From Dehalococcoidia bacterium (lineage in GTDB: Bacteria; Chloroflexota; Dehalococcoidia; Lucifugimonadales; Australimonadaceae), in NCBI GenBank assembly GCA_965200975.1, contig OZ241740.1, forward strand, positions 1,996,244-2,060,243: a DNA stretch of 64,000 bases. Direction: 5' to 3'. Made by a program: the position numbers and the translations under genes. Positions 18,129-28,189 of the stretch are shown here, one piece after another (the stretch's first letter is position 1; every line of letters starts with the position of its first letter). The notes under the pieces were generated by a model that saw only the letters and a list, made by a program, of their open reading frames with translations, had not been told where the DNA came from and ran no database searches.

Positions 18129-18156
18129 GGAAAGAGGGACGGGACGCGCCGGGAGT

Positions 18157-18702
18157 CTAGGAAGAGGGCCGGGGCGGAAGCGCCTCCCACTCCTCGCGGG
18201 TGATCTCCATGCGAATGAAGTCGCGGCCCGCGCGGCGCAGGGGCCCCACCTCGCGGAACCCGCAGCCGGCGAACGCACGGCGCGCCCGCGCGTTCCACTC
18301 CAGCGTGTGCAGGTAGAGCATCCGCATCGACTCCATCCTGAAGCACTCCCCAATGAGCAGCTGCAGGGCCTCCCGCCCGTACCCGCCGTCCCAGTAATCG
18401 CGGTCGCCGAGCAGGATTCCCACCTCGCACCGCCCTTGCACAGTGTCTATGTCGTACACCATGCAGTTGCCGATGTGCCGCCCGTCGAGGGTGTCGATGC
18501 CGTACCGGCGCACCCACGGCGTCGGATGGGCCAGCTCGCTCCGGTAGTCCCGCAGGTAATCGTGCAGCGGCTGCCGCAAGGGAGGCGCCGCGTCGAGTTC
18601 CGCCAGCTCAGGGTCGGCCCGCCAGCGGTGATCGTCCTCGCCGTCCTCTATCTGCTTGGCGCGGATAACGACCTTCACTCCCCGGGCGACAGGGTCAGCC
18701 AC
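18157..18702 (-). CDS. GNAT family N-acetyltransferase
   Basis: ORF with ..WDGGYGREALQLLI...LEWNARARRAFAGCGFRE. Confidence 0.8.
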   Translation of the reverse strand: MADPVARGVKVVIRAKQIEDGEDDHRWRADPELAELDAAPPLRQPLHDYLRDYRSELAHPTPWVRRYGIDTLDGRHIGNCMVYDIDTVQGRCEVGILLGDRDYWDGGYGREALQLLIGECFRMESMRMLYLHTLEWNARARRAFAGCGFREVGPLRRAGRDFIRMEITREEWEALPPRPSS

Positions 18703-19144
18703 CGCCGCCCTCCCGCTGTTCGAGCGCGTCGATAGCGCGCAGCAGCACCTCGCGCTCCGTCTTGTGGGTCAGCAGCTGCAGAGCGCGCTCCGCCGTCGCC
18801 CACTCCACGACGTCGAACTCCGGGTCGTGGCCGTCGAACGAGCCGCCGCGCTCGGCCATCAGGAAGAAGTAGACGCGCTTGTGGATGCGCTGCTCGCGCC
18901 GCTCGAACCAGTACTCGATATGCCCGAGCGGAGCCTCGATGGCGACCTGCAGCCCCGTCTCCTCGCGCACCTCGCGCAGCGCCGTCTGCTCGATAGTCTC
19001 GCCGTCGTCGGGCGTCCCTTTGGGAAGCGCCCACAAGCCCGCCCCCACGCGTCCGCAGATAGCCACCTTCAGGCCGTCGGCGCCGTCGTTGTACACGACG
19101 CCTCCCGCCGAGACAGCTTCAGCGACGATCCTCTTGCGCGCCAC
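18695..19144 (-). CDS. NUDIX hydrolase
   Basis: Nudix box LPKGTPDDGETIEQTALREVREETGL. Confidence 0.9.
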   Translation of the reverse strand: MARKRIVAEAVSAGGVVYNDGADGLKVAICGRVGAGLWALPKGTPDDGETIEQTALREVREETGLQVAIEAPLGHIEYWFERREQRIHKRVYFFLMAERGGSFDGHDPEFDVVEWATAERALQLLTHKTEREVLLRAIDALEQREGGGG

Positions 19145-19147
19145 CGG

Positions 19148-20083
19148 CTACTCGTCCTCCTCGGACAGCGCGAGCATCGTGAAGTCCATAACGTCGCTGT
19201 CCATCACGGCGAGCGCCTCCTCCGCAGCCTCGCTCACTGCGCTCTCCCCGGTCTCGACGTACCGCAGCAGCAGCTTCCTGGCCGCGGCGCCCCCGACTCC
19301 CCCGATCGCATAGACTGCGGCGACGGCCACCTGCAGGTCGCCGTCGCTCACTAGCTCATGCAGATGCGGCAGCGACTCCGGGTCGGCGATGCTGCGCGCG
19401 GCGTTGGCGGCCTCGAAACGCATGGCCGGATCGTCGCTGCGCATCTCGTCGACCACCAGCGGCAGCCATGCGGAGTCGCAGGTGCGTCCCATAGCGTACA
19501 GCGCGCTCTGCCGGAACTCGGCGTCGTCGCGCTCGTAGGCCCAGCGCACCCAGTCTCCCACGCCCGCGCCGGCCAACGGAGCGATAGCCTCGAGCGCGCG
19601 GCGGCGCACGAGCGTCTCCTCGTCCTCATCCCTCAGCGCGCGGAGCAGCGCGTCCCGCAGCCGGCTTCCGTCGCGCTCTATCAGCTTGCCAGCCTCCGCA
19701 AGGTCGACGAAATGGCCGAGGGTCGTGGCGGCGGCGGCGCGCGCCTCCGGCGACTCGTCCGCGTCGAGCATCCCCAGGAGCGGAGTGATCACCAGACGAT
19801 CGTCGGTCTCCCACAAGCCTCCGGCGGCGGCGGCCCGCACCTGCGCCTCGTCGTCCTGCAGCGCCGCGCAGAGCACCGGCACGAAATCGAACTCGATGTT
19901 CTCTTCCGCCAGCCCGGCGACGCCCTCGACGATCTGGAGCCGGCGCTCCGCAGGAATGTCGGGCCAGGCGTCCCGCAGCTCCGCCTGAGCGTCTGCAAGA
20001 AGCCCGCTCAGCTTGCCGAGCAGCGACGGCTTCAGCTCTTTCTCCGGGCTGATCAGGTCGTCGATGACTGCGCCGAGGCTCAT
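19148..20083 (-). CDS. HEAT-repeat protein
   Basis: Repeated D..VR..A..AL helical units throughout the ORF. Confidence 0.6.
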   Translation of the reverse strand: MSLGAVIDDLISPEKELKPSLLGKLSGLLADAQAELRDAWPDIPAERRLQIVEGVAGLAEENIEFDFVPVLCAALQDDEAQVRAAAAGGLWETDDRLVITPLLGMLDADESPEARAAAATTLGHFVDLAEAGKLIERDGSRLRDALLRALRDEDEETLVRRRALEAIAPLAGAGVGDWVRWAYERDDAEFRQSALYAMGRTCDSAWLPLVVDEMRSDDPAMRFEAANAARSIADPESLPHLHELVSDGDLQVAVAAVYAIGGVGGAAARKLLLRYVETGESAVSEAAEEALAVMDSDVMDFTMLALSEEDE

Positions 20084-20086
20084 GGA

Positions 20087-21420
20087 CTACCCCTTCGCCG
20101 AGACGGAAACGCCTCCGACCGCGATGGCCGGCGCGTACAGCCCGCCTCGAATCCAACGCCCCTCGCTGCCGATGGCGATGACATCGTTCAACGCCTTGTA
20201 GGCGTTGCCGGAGATCATCGTGTTCTTCACCCGGCCCGCCACTCTGCCGCGCTCCACCTTGTAACCGAGCAGCACATTCGCGTTGAAGTCCCCGCCCAGC
20301 ACGTTGCTCTGCCCCGCCCCAAGCAGCGCCTCGACGATCAGCGCCTCCTCCATACCGGCGATCATATCGTCGAACGCCGTGTCGCCTTCGCCCATCAGCA
20401 GCACCGACGCCGACGGCCCCGGCAACGACCCCAGCCCGCGCTCTCCCGAGCCCGTGCTCTCTGCGCCCGCCTGCCCCGCCGTCTGCAGGTCGTACAGGAA
20501 CGTGCGGGCGACTCCCGCCTCGACAAGCGGCAGGCGCCGGCTCGCTACGCCCTCGTCGTCTGCCGGACGGCTCGACGGCGAGCGCTGAGTGGTCGCGTCG
20601 TCCGTCAGGCTGAACCGCTCGTCGACGATGCGCTCGCCGAGCCGTCCGATGAGCGGCGACGTCCCCTGCAGCGCCGCCTTGCCGCTAAGCCCCGCGAGCA
20701 GCGGCGCCAGCAGCACGCGCGACACCGCTTGCGGCATCAGTATCACGGGCATCGTCTTCGTGTCGGCCTGAACCGTCTCGCGCGCCCATTCCAGCTGCCG
20801 CAGCACCGACGCGACGATCTCCGACGCGTCGGTCACGGCGGCGATCGACGAAACGCTTTCGGACGTGAACAGCATATCCTCGCCCCGGATGACCGTGGCC
20901 TCGAACCCCGCGCCCGCCCGCGAACGGACGTAGCTCACGCCGCCGCCCTCGCTGTTCAGCAACGCAATGCGCGAAGTCGATTTGGAGACGCCGCCCTCGA
21001 CCTGCGCCTCCGTCGAGGCGGCCCGCAACTCGGCGATAACGCGCTCGCCCAGCGCGACCATCTCCTCGAGGCTCATCCCCTCCACCGAATCGTCGTAGAC
21101 CGCAACCTCCGGGCAGGACTGCGGGCCGGGAAAGTCGAACCGCGCCTCGGCGCCGAACGGCGCAGTCTCGAGCGCCGCGTCCACCAACGCCTGCGGCGCC
21201 TCCAGGTTCGAGGTCGAACTGAACCCGATGCGCCCGTCCTTGATGAGGCGGAGCGCAACTCCTGCCGCGTCGTTCGCGTCCACGCCCTTGACGGCGTTCG
21301 CCTCGAAATGCACCGGCGTCGAGGAGGACTCCACGTAGAAGACCTCGGCCTGATCGGCGACGGCGGAGGCTAGTTCGAGAATGCGCCCGGCGACGGCGGG
21401 GATGTCGGCGTGGGAAGCGA
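20087..21420 (-). CDS. pmbA: TldD/PmbA family metalloprotease partner (PmbA-like); start unresolved
   Basis: C-terminal ~445 aa of ORF 20087..21604 match the family layout. No ATG/GTG/TTG lies between the tldD stop (21424) and the conserved N-terminus. Confidence 0.75.
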
Positions 21421-21423
21421 TGA

Positions 21424-22800
21424 CTACGCCCCTCCTATCAGGCACTGCCGAATGCGGATGTGCGGGCTGCCGTTCGAGACCGGCAGGGGGCTCTGCCCCG
21501 CCTTGCCGCAGCCGCCCCCCTCGTTCATCCCCAAATCGCCGGCGATGGCGTCGATGTTGTGCAGCGTCGAGAACACGTTGCCCGACAGCATCACCGGGCG
21601 GCACAGTTCGGCGATTCGTCCGTTGCGTATGCGGTAGGCCTCGCCGGCGGAGAAGGTGAACATCTCCATCGACGTCATGCCGCCGTACCAGTTCTTCACG
21701 TACAGGCCGTCCTCTACGTCGGCGAACAGATCCTCGACGCTCGCCTCGCCCGGCACGATGAACGTATTGGTCATCCGCACGATAGGCGCGAACCGGTAGT
21801 TGAGCGCCCGCGCGTTGCCGGTGGGCCGCTCGCCGAGTTTCGCCGCCGTCTCCCGCGAGTGAAGCCGCCCCACCAGCACGCCCTCGCGAATGAGGTCGGT
21901 CTCCTGCCCCTGCACCCCCTCGTCGTCGTACACGTACGAGCCGCGCAGGGTCGCGCTGGGCACGGTCGCGCCGTCCTTCACGTTCAGGTGCGCGCCGCCG
22001 AACCGCTTGCCGGGCTTCATCAGCTCCTGCAGCCGCGGCTCAGCGTAGATATGGTCAGCCTCTGAAAGGTGCCCGAACGCCTCGTGGATGAACACGCCCG
22101 CGAGAATCGGGTCGAGCACCACGGTGTACTCCCCGCCCTTCACCTCCGGAGCGTCGAGCAGGGCGACGGCCTTCTCGGCGACCTCTCGCGCGTCTTCCTG
22201 CAGACCCATCACGAACGCGAAATCGCCCAGGCTGCCCAGACTAATGCCGTACTGCTGCACGTCGGCCCCGTTGCGCGCCTGCGCATTGAGCCGCAGGTTC
22301 ACGTCGATCCGCTCCTGGTCGACGTACGACCCCTCGGAGTTCGCATACACCATCCGGCGCCGCGCGTCGGCGTAGCCCACGCTCGCCGACTGCACTCCCG
22401 GCGTATCCATAATGATGCCGACGTACTCATCGAGCACGCCCTTCTTGTCGGCGAGCGTCAGCGCCGTCGGGTCTTGCCCTACGACCGGCGGAACGTAGTC
22501 GACGACCGAGGGGACTTCGGCAAGCTCGATGCGCTCGCCGCCGATCACGCGCGCCTGCTCCACCGCCTGCCGCGCCTTGGCCTCGATCTCGTTCAGGTCG
22601 TTGAACGAGGCGAAGCCCCAGCCGCCGCCCGCGAGGGCGCGAACGTTGCCGCCGAGCCCGCTGCTGCGCCCGATCTCTTCGAGTTCGCGCCCGCGGTGCC
22701 GGATGTGCGACGACGCGCCCTCCTCGATGTGCACCTCGACGTACTGCCCGCCCGCCGCCTTCAACGCAGCCTCGACGCGTTCGCGGATGCGCTCGTCCAT
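21424..22800 (-). CDS. tldD: TldD family metalloprotease
   Basis: In-frame ATG 22800 of the 1052-aa ORF gives MDERIRERVEAALKAAGGQYVEVHIEE...HEAFGH. The rest of that ORF is antisense to the MMPL gene. Confidence 0.88.
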   Translation of the reverse strand: MDERIRERVEAALKAAGGQYVEVHIEEGASSHIRHRGRELEEIGRSSGLGGNVRALAGGGWGFASFNDLNEIEAKARQAVEQARVIGGERIELAEVPSVVDYVPPVVGQDPTALTLADKKGVLDEYVGIIMDTPGVQSASVGYADARRRMVYANSEGSYVDQERIDVNLRLNAQARNGADVQQYGISLGSLGDFAFVMGLQEDAREVAEKAVALLDAPEVKGGEYTVVLDPILAGVFIHEAFGHLSEADHIYAEPRLQELMKPGKRFGGAHLNVKDGATVPSATLRGSYVYDDEGVQGQETDLIREGVLVGRLHSRETAAKLGERPTGNARALNYRFAPIVRMTNTFIVPGEASVEDLFADVEDGLYVKNWYGGMTSMEMFTFSAGEAYRIRNGRIAELCRPVMLSGNVFSTLHNIDAIAGDLGMNEGGGCGKAGQSPLPVSNGSPHIRIRQCLIGGA

Positions 22801-22944
22801 GCCTGCCCCCGGGGGAGATGTCCCTGTCGGCAGTCTAACCAAGAGCGCCGGGCACGGGCAACGGAACGCATCCCCGCGCCTGCGCGAGTATGCTATGCTA
22901 TGATTGGAGCGGCATAGCGCCGTAGAGAAGGAGCAGCGCCCACG

Positions 22945-25179
22945 ATGACCGAGCGACTCGCACGATTCTGCACACGACGGCCCTGGCTCACAGTCGCCGT
23001 ATGGATAGTGGCGTTGGTTGTGTTCATCGGCGTCGCCGGGCAGTTCCTCGCATCCGGGTCGACAACCGAGTTCCGGCTCGGCAGTTCGCAGCCCTCCACC
23101 CAGGCGGCGGAGCGGCTTACTCAGTTCGGCTCCGACACCCCCGTCGAAGTCGTCGTCGTGAAGTCCGCCAGCGGCGCGACCGTGGACGACCCGGCGTTCG
23201 CCGCCAAAGTCGAGGCGCTCGCCGCGGAGATCGAGGCGCTCGGCCCCGAAATAATCGCTCGGGCAGACACCTATTACCGGATCGCCGCTATCGCCCAGCA
23301 GACGGGCGACGCAGCGCTCGTCGGCCAGGCCGCCCTCATGCTGTCCGCCGACCGCACCTCCACCCTGCTGTTCATCAGATTCGCCGGCGACAAGGAGAGC
23401 GCGCTCGATCACATCGAGGACATGCTCCACATCGTGGAGGAGGCGCGGGGCGATCCCGCGTTCGATGTGCGCCAGATCGGCGTCACCAGCATCAACTACG
23501 AGAACAACGAAATCGCCGTCCACGACCTGGAGCAGGGAGAGCGCGTCGGCATCCCCGTGGCGCTGCTGGTGCTGCTGCTGCTGTTCGGCTCCGTCGTCGC
23601 GGCGCTCATCCCCATCATCGTCGCCGTCATCTGCATCCTCATCACGCTCGGCGTCGTGGCCGTCATCGGGCAGTTCCACCAGGTGGTCGTCTTCGCGCAA
23701 CTCGGCGCCACGATGATCGGCCTGGCTGTCGGCATCGACTACGCCCTCCTCATCATCTCCCGCTACCGCGAGGAGATAAATAGCGGCAAGGAAAAGATCG
23801 AGGCCATCGCGCGCGCCGGCGGCACGGCGGGCCGCACGGTGCTGTTCAGCGGCGTCACTGTCGTCATCGCCCTCAGCGGGATGTTCGTCATTCCGTTCAA
23901 CTTCTACCAAACGCAGGCGCTGGCGATGATCATCGTCGTCACGCTCACCATTGTGGCGATGCTCACCCTCCTCCCGGCCGTGCTGGCGATACTTGGGGGA
24001 AAGGTGAACGCGCTCCGCATCCCCATCGTTGGGCGCTCCATCGAGCGGGTCAGCGCCGACCAGGAGGAGGGCGGGTTCTGGAACACCGCCACCCGCATCG
24101 TCATGCGCTTCCCCGTCATCAGCCTCCTTCTCGTCGGCGTTCCGATGGTCGCGCTCGCCGTGTTGTACGTTACGACGAACGAGACCGGCCTCGCCGGAAC
24201 CGACCAGGCGCCTGAGGGGTCCAACCAGCGCTTGGCCTTCGAGTTGATCGAGCAGGAGTTCCCCGCCGGCCTCGGCCTCATCGCGCCCATCGACGTCGTG
24301 CTCGAGGGCGACGTCAACAGCCCGGAGGGCCAGGCCGCCATCCAGCGCATTGTTGCGGCCATCCAGGCCGACTCGCGCTTCCCCGCTCCGCCGCTCCTCA
24401 ATCCGAGCCCCAACGGCGCCTCCATGCTGCTCTCCGTCTCCATCCCGGGGTCGGTCACGTCGAGGGAGAACATCGACACGCTCATCGACCTGCGCGACCG
24501 GGTCATTCCCGAGGCCGTGGACGGCGCGAACGTGCAGGCGTACATCGGCGGCAACATGGCGGAGGGCGCCGACGTGATCCACGTCGTGAACACCTACCAG
24601 CCGTACGTGTTCGCCTTCGTGCTCGCGTTCAGTTTCGTCGTGCTGATGGTCGTCTTCCGGTCGATCGTCATCCCCATCAAAGCCGTGTTTATGAACCTCC
24701 TCTCCGTAGGAGCTACCTACGGAATCCTGGTGCTGGTGTTCCAGCAGGGCTGGCTGATCGACATCCTTGGCTTCCAGCGCGCGGACACCATCGAGGCCTG
24801 GCTACCGCTCTTCCTCTTCTCCATCCTGTTCGGGCTGTCGATGGACTACCACGTGTTTATGCTTAGCCGCATCAAGGAGCGGTACGACCACACCGGCGAC
24901 AACCGCGAGGCGGTCGCCTACGGCCTGCGCTCCACCGCCAGCCTCATCACCGGCGCCGCGCTCATCATGGTCGCCGTGTTCGGCGCATTCGCCTCCGGCC
25001 AGAGCCTCAACAACCAGATGCTCGGCTTCGGCCTCGCCGTCGCCATCCTGCTCGACGCCACCCTCGTGCGGTCGGTGCTCGTCCCCGCGTCGATGGAACT
25101 CCTCGGCAAAGGCAACTGGTACCTCCCGCCGTTCCTCAATTGGCTGCCCCGGATCGATGTCGAAGGCGAAAGCCACTAG
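22945..25179 (+). CDS. MMPL/RND-superfamily membrane transporter
   Basis: 744 aa with two 6-TM bundles, each with a large loop. Typical motifs DYALLIISRYREE and GLSMDYHVFMLSRIKE. Confidence 0.85.
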   Translation: MTERLARFCTRRPWLTVAVWIVALVVFIGVAGQFLASGSTTEFRLGSSQPSTQAAERLTQFGSDTPVEVVVVKSASGATVDDPAFAAKVEALAAEIEALGPEIIARADTYYRIAAIAQQTGDAALVGQAALMLSADRTSTLLFIRFAGDKESALDHIEDMLHIVEEARGDPAFDVRQIGVTSINYENNEIAVHDLEQGERVGIPVALLVLLLLFGSVVAALIPIIVAVICILITLGVVAVIGQFHQVVVFAQLGATMIGLAVGIDYALLIISRYREEINSGKEKIEAIARAGGTAGRTVLFSGVTVVIALSGMFVIPFNFYQTQALAMIIVVTLTIVAMLTLLPAVLAILGGKVNALRIPIVGRSIERVSADQEEGGFWNTATRIVMRFPVISLLLVGVPMVALAVLYVTTNETGLAGTDQAPEGSNQRLAFELIEQEFPAGLGLIAPIDVVLEGDVNSPEGQAAIQRIVAAIQADSRFPAPPLLNPSPNGASMLLSVSIPGSVTSRENIDTLIDLRDRVIPEAVDGANVQAYIGGNMAEGADVIHVVNTYQPYVFAFVLAFSFVVLMVVFRSIVIPIKAVFMNLLSVGATYGILVLVFQQGWLIDILGFQRADTIEAWLPLFLFSILFGLSMDYHVFMLSRIKERYDHTGDNREAVAYGLRSTASLITGAALIMVAVFGAFASGQSLNNQMLGFGLAVAILLDATLVRSVLVPASMELLGKGNWYLPPFLNWLPRIDVEGESH

Positions 25180-25199
25180 GCAGGGAAGAGGAGCCGTTC

Positions 25200-26576
25200 A
25201 TGGCGCAAACCAAACCGCGCGTCAAGAAGGGGTACACGCTCCCGCCCGGGCTCGTAGACCTCAAGAACCCGATCGCGCACATCCGCCGCGTCGCCTCGCC
25301 GTTCGACGTGTTCACGATGGCGCAAGAGCACGGCGACTTCGTCATCTGCCTCACGAAACCAGCGCTCACCTACGCCGTCTACCACCCCGACATCATCCAG
25401 GACATCCTGGAGAACCAGCGCCACGCCGTCGTGCGCGCCGCCAATAAGACCGGCCACACAATCATCCAAACGCTCGGTTACTCCCTCCTCACCCTCGACG
25501 GCGAGCCGGAACAGCAGATGCGACGCGTGGTCGAGCCCGCGTTCCACCAAGACGTCATCGCAGGGCTCGCAACGGCAATGACCGGCGTCGCCGACAGCAT
25601 CCAGTCGCAGTGGACGGACGGCGCTACGGTCGATATGAAAGCGGCGATGGAGGATATGGTGCTCCGCATCGTCGCTCGGAGCCTCCTCGGCAACGACATC
25701 GAAGACGACACCCTCTTCCACCAAACCATCTACACCGTCAGCAGGCACGTCACCACGCGCTCGCTAATGCCGCCAGGCCTCTCGTCGCTGATGTACAAAC
25801 TGCCGCTGCCCTGGTCGCGCAAGGTCAAACGCGAGGTCGCGCGGTTCGACCGCATTACCTACGACCTCATCCGCCGCCGCCGCGAAGCAGGCGCGCGGAC
25901 GGAAGCCCCTGCCCTCGTCGATATGCTTATGCAGGCGGCGGACCCCGACACCGGCGAGCAACTGGACGACACGGCCATCCGAAGCGAAATCGGCGTGTCG
26001 CTCCTCACCGGCCACCACATCCTCGCAACCTCGCTGATGTGGCTATGGAACTCGTTCGCCGCCTACCCCGAAGCAGCCGCCGCAGTCTACGACGAGGTCG
26101 ACAACGTCGTCGGCGACCGCCTCCCCACCCTCGACGACGTGCCGAACCTGACAGCCACGAACCGCTTCATCCTCGAATCGCTACGCCTCTCCCCCTCGTT
26201 CTATATGACCTTCCGTATGACGAACCAGGAGACCACGATCGGCGGCTACGCCGTGCCCCCCAACTCGTTCGTCGTCATCCCCATGATGTGGGTCCAGCGC
26301 GACCCACGCTGGTGGGACGAGCCGGAAGAGTTTCGCCCCGAGCGATGGCAGCCCGGCTTCCGCGAATCGCTCCATCCCTACGCCTACATCCCCTTTCACA
26401 CTCCTGCCCCCTCCGGCTGCCTCGCCGAACACTACGCGATGACGGCGATGACGCTGTCCGTCGCGGCCATAGCCCGGCGCTGGCGCGTACGCCTGCAAGG
26501 CGCGCCGCCTAAAATGTGGTACTCGTTCAACCGCTCCATCAAAGGCTCGTTCCCCTTGACCCTCGAAAGGCGTTAG
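25200..26576 (+). CDS. cytochrome P450-like protein with atypical Cys-ligand loop
   Basis: In-frame ATG 25200. ESLRL (ExxR) is present. The heme loop reads FHTPAPSGCLA instead of the canonical FxxGxRxCxG. Confidence 0.7.
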   Translation: MAQTKPRVKKGYTLPPGLVDLKNPIAHIRRVASPFDVFTMAQEHGDFVICLTKPALTYAVYHPDIIQDILENQRHAVVRAANKTGHTIIQTLGYSLLTLDGEPEQQMRRVVEPAFHQDVIAGLATAMTGVADSIQSQWTDGATVDMKAAMEDMVLRIVARSLLGNDIEDDTLFHQTIYTVSRHVTTRSLMPPGLSSLMYKLPLPWSRKVKREVARFDRITYDLIRRRREAGARTEAPALVDMLMQAADPDTGEQLDDTAIRSEIGVSLLTGHHILATSLMWLWNSFAAYPEAAAAVYDEVDNVVGDRLPTLDDVPNLTATNRFILESLRLSPSFYMTFRMTNQETTIGGYAVPPNSFVVIPMMWVQRDPRWWDEPEEFRPERWQPGFRESLHPYAYIPFHTPAPSGCLAEHYAMTAMTLSVAAIARRWRVRLQGAPPKMWYSFNRSIKGSFPLTLERR

Positions 26577-26606
26577 CGCGTAGTCTCTCCAAAGAAGGTC
26601 GCACTC

Positions 26607-27803
26607 ATGACAACCACAGCGAAAACAACCCATTCCGGCACGGTTATGCCGACCGACTACATCGCCGGCTATGACGACGCATACGCTCGCGACCCGGAGC
26701 TGACCGACAGGTACGTCGAGCACGCATGGATCGGCGACCCCCTCGCCGACGCGATGACCGACGCCCTCGCGGAACTCCCCCACGAAGAGGCCAACCGCAT
26801 AACCACCGCCGCAATGAACGAGGAGTACGACCAGATCAAGGACGCCCCGAAAGAGGTGTTCGAGTTCTTCGAGTCGTACAAGGACACTCCCGCCTGGCTC
26901 GACAAGAGCAAGTTCACCCCCGGCTACCGCCTCTTCCACCGCAACAGCACCACCGTGCTCGCCTCAATGCTCGGCGGCGTGCTCATCGAGGGGTTCTCGA
27001 CCAACATCGCCCAGTCGTTCTTCATCACCGGCCGCCTGCGCGAAATGGGCATCCGCCGCCTCAAGCAGAATAACCGCCAGCTCATCGAAATCTTCCTCCC
27101 CGGCGGGCTCGACCGCCAGGGCGACGGCTGGAAACTCAGCGTCCGCCTCCGGCTCGTCCACTCCCGCGCCCGGCGACTCCTCGCCAAATCCGACGAGTGG
27201 GACTACGACTCGTGGGGAGTGCCCCTCTGCTCCGCCCATATGGGCTTCGCCGTAACAGCCTTCTCCGCCCGCTGCGTCGACCACGCCAAAACCCTCGGCG
27301 CATCCTTCACCAAAGAAGAAGAGACCGGGTTCATCGACACCTGGCGCTACGCCGCATGGCTTATGGGCATACCCGACTCCATCCTTTACACGGACAAGGA
27401 GAACGCCCTCCACCTGTGGCGCCTCGGCGCCATCATCGAGCCCCCGCCCGACATCGCATGCATCGCTATGGCGAACTCGCTCATCAGCTGCGCCCCCATC
27501 GTGCTGGGAATCGAAGACTCCACCGGCCGCAAAGACCTCGCATCCTATATGTTCAGCATGTCCCGCGCCCTCATCGGCAACGAGCTGGCCGACCAACTCC
27601 GGTTCGACCAGTCGCGCAGGCTCGGCAAGATATCGTTCTTCCGCGCCCAGATCCGCTACAACCGCATTATGGGCAAGCTGTTCCCCAACCGCCTGATCAA
27701 GAACAATGCGATGGCCGGCCTGTTCGACGTCGCTCACTACCAGGACGACCTCGCCTACCACCTCCCCGACACCGTCCACGCCGAACACTCATCCAACTGG
27801 TAG
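26607..27803 (+). CDS. DUF2236 / MpaB-type oxygenase family protein
   Basis: ORF 26607..27803; ...RLVHSRARRLL...W..PLCSAHMGF... layout typical of the family (recognised from memory). Confidence 0.6.
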   Translation: MTTTAKTTHSGTVMPTDYIAGYDDAYARDPELTDRYVEHAWIGDPLADAMTDALAELPHEEANRITTAAMNEEYDQIKDAPKEVFEFFESYKDTPAWLDKSKFTPGYRLFHRNSTTVLASMLGGVLIEGFSTNIAQSFFITGRLREMGIRRLKQNNRQLIEIFLPGGLDRQGDGWKLSVRLRLVHSRARRLLAKSDEWDYDSWGVPLCSAHMGFAVTAFSARCVDHAKTLGASFTKEEETGFIDTWRYAAWLMGIPDSILYTDKENALHLWRLGAIIEPPPDIACIAMANSLISCAPIVLGIEDSTGRKDLASYMFSMSRALIGNELADQLRFDQSRRLGKISFFRAQIRYNRIMGKLFPNRLIKNNAMAGLFDVAHYQDDLAYHLPDTVHAEHSSNW

Positions 27804-27892
27804 CCTGATCACTCCTGAAGGAGCCTCCGTCGCCCAGCGCCTTCCCTCATCGGGATAGCACGACAGGGCGGCGGAAACGCAGGCGCCCCGCC

Positions 27893-28189
27893 TCACGCCA
27901 TCGCCAGAACCCCCGCCGCCTCGAGCAGCCACCACGCCAGCGACGTGAGGCCCGCGCTCCCGCCGACTACGGCAACGTCCCGGCGGCTCGGACGCCAGCG
28001 CCCATCGTCCCCGCCGAACGGGCGCAGCGGCGGGTCGAGCAGCGCCCGCTCGATGTTCCGCAAACGCGCGTCGATCGCCTCCAGCTTCGCCGTCCACACC
28101 TTGTCCGTCAGATCATGCGCCGTGGCGTGCGCCTCCCGCCCCGCCTCGAGCGACGCCAGCCTCTCGCGCTGCGTCAACGCCGCCGTCAT
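27893..28189 (-). CDS. small phage-associated membrane protein (C-terminal TM)
   Basis: ATG 28189 overlaps the upstream stop (ATGA). MTAALTQRERL...coiled segment...VAVVGGSAGLTSLAWWLLEAAGVLAMA. Confidence 0.5.
   Translation of the reverse strand: MTAALTQRERLASLEAGREAHATAHDLTDKVWTAKLEAIDARLRNIERALLDPPLRPFGGDDGRWRPSRRDVAVVGGSAGLTSLAWWLLEAAGVLAMA

Noticed and set aside
21424-24582. 1052-aa ORF on the minus strand as a giant protein
   Set aside because: Only the C-terminal 458 aa (from ATG 22800) are TldD. The upstream part is low-complexity (Asp/Gly/Arg/Glu-rich) and antisense to the well-supported MMPL gene.
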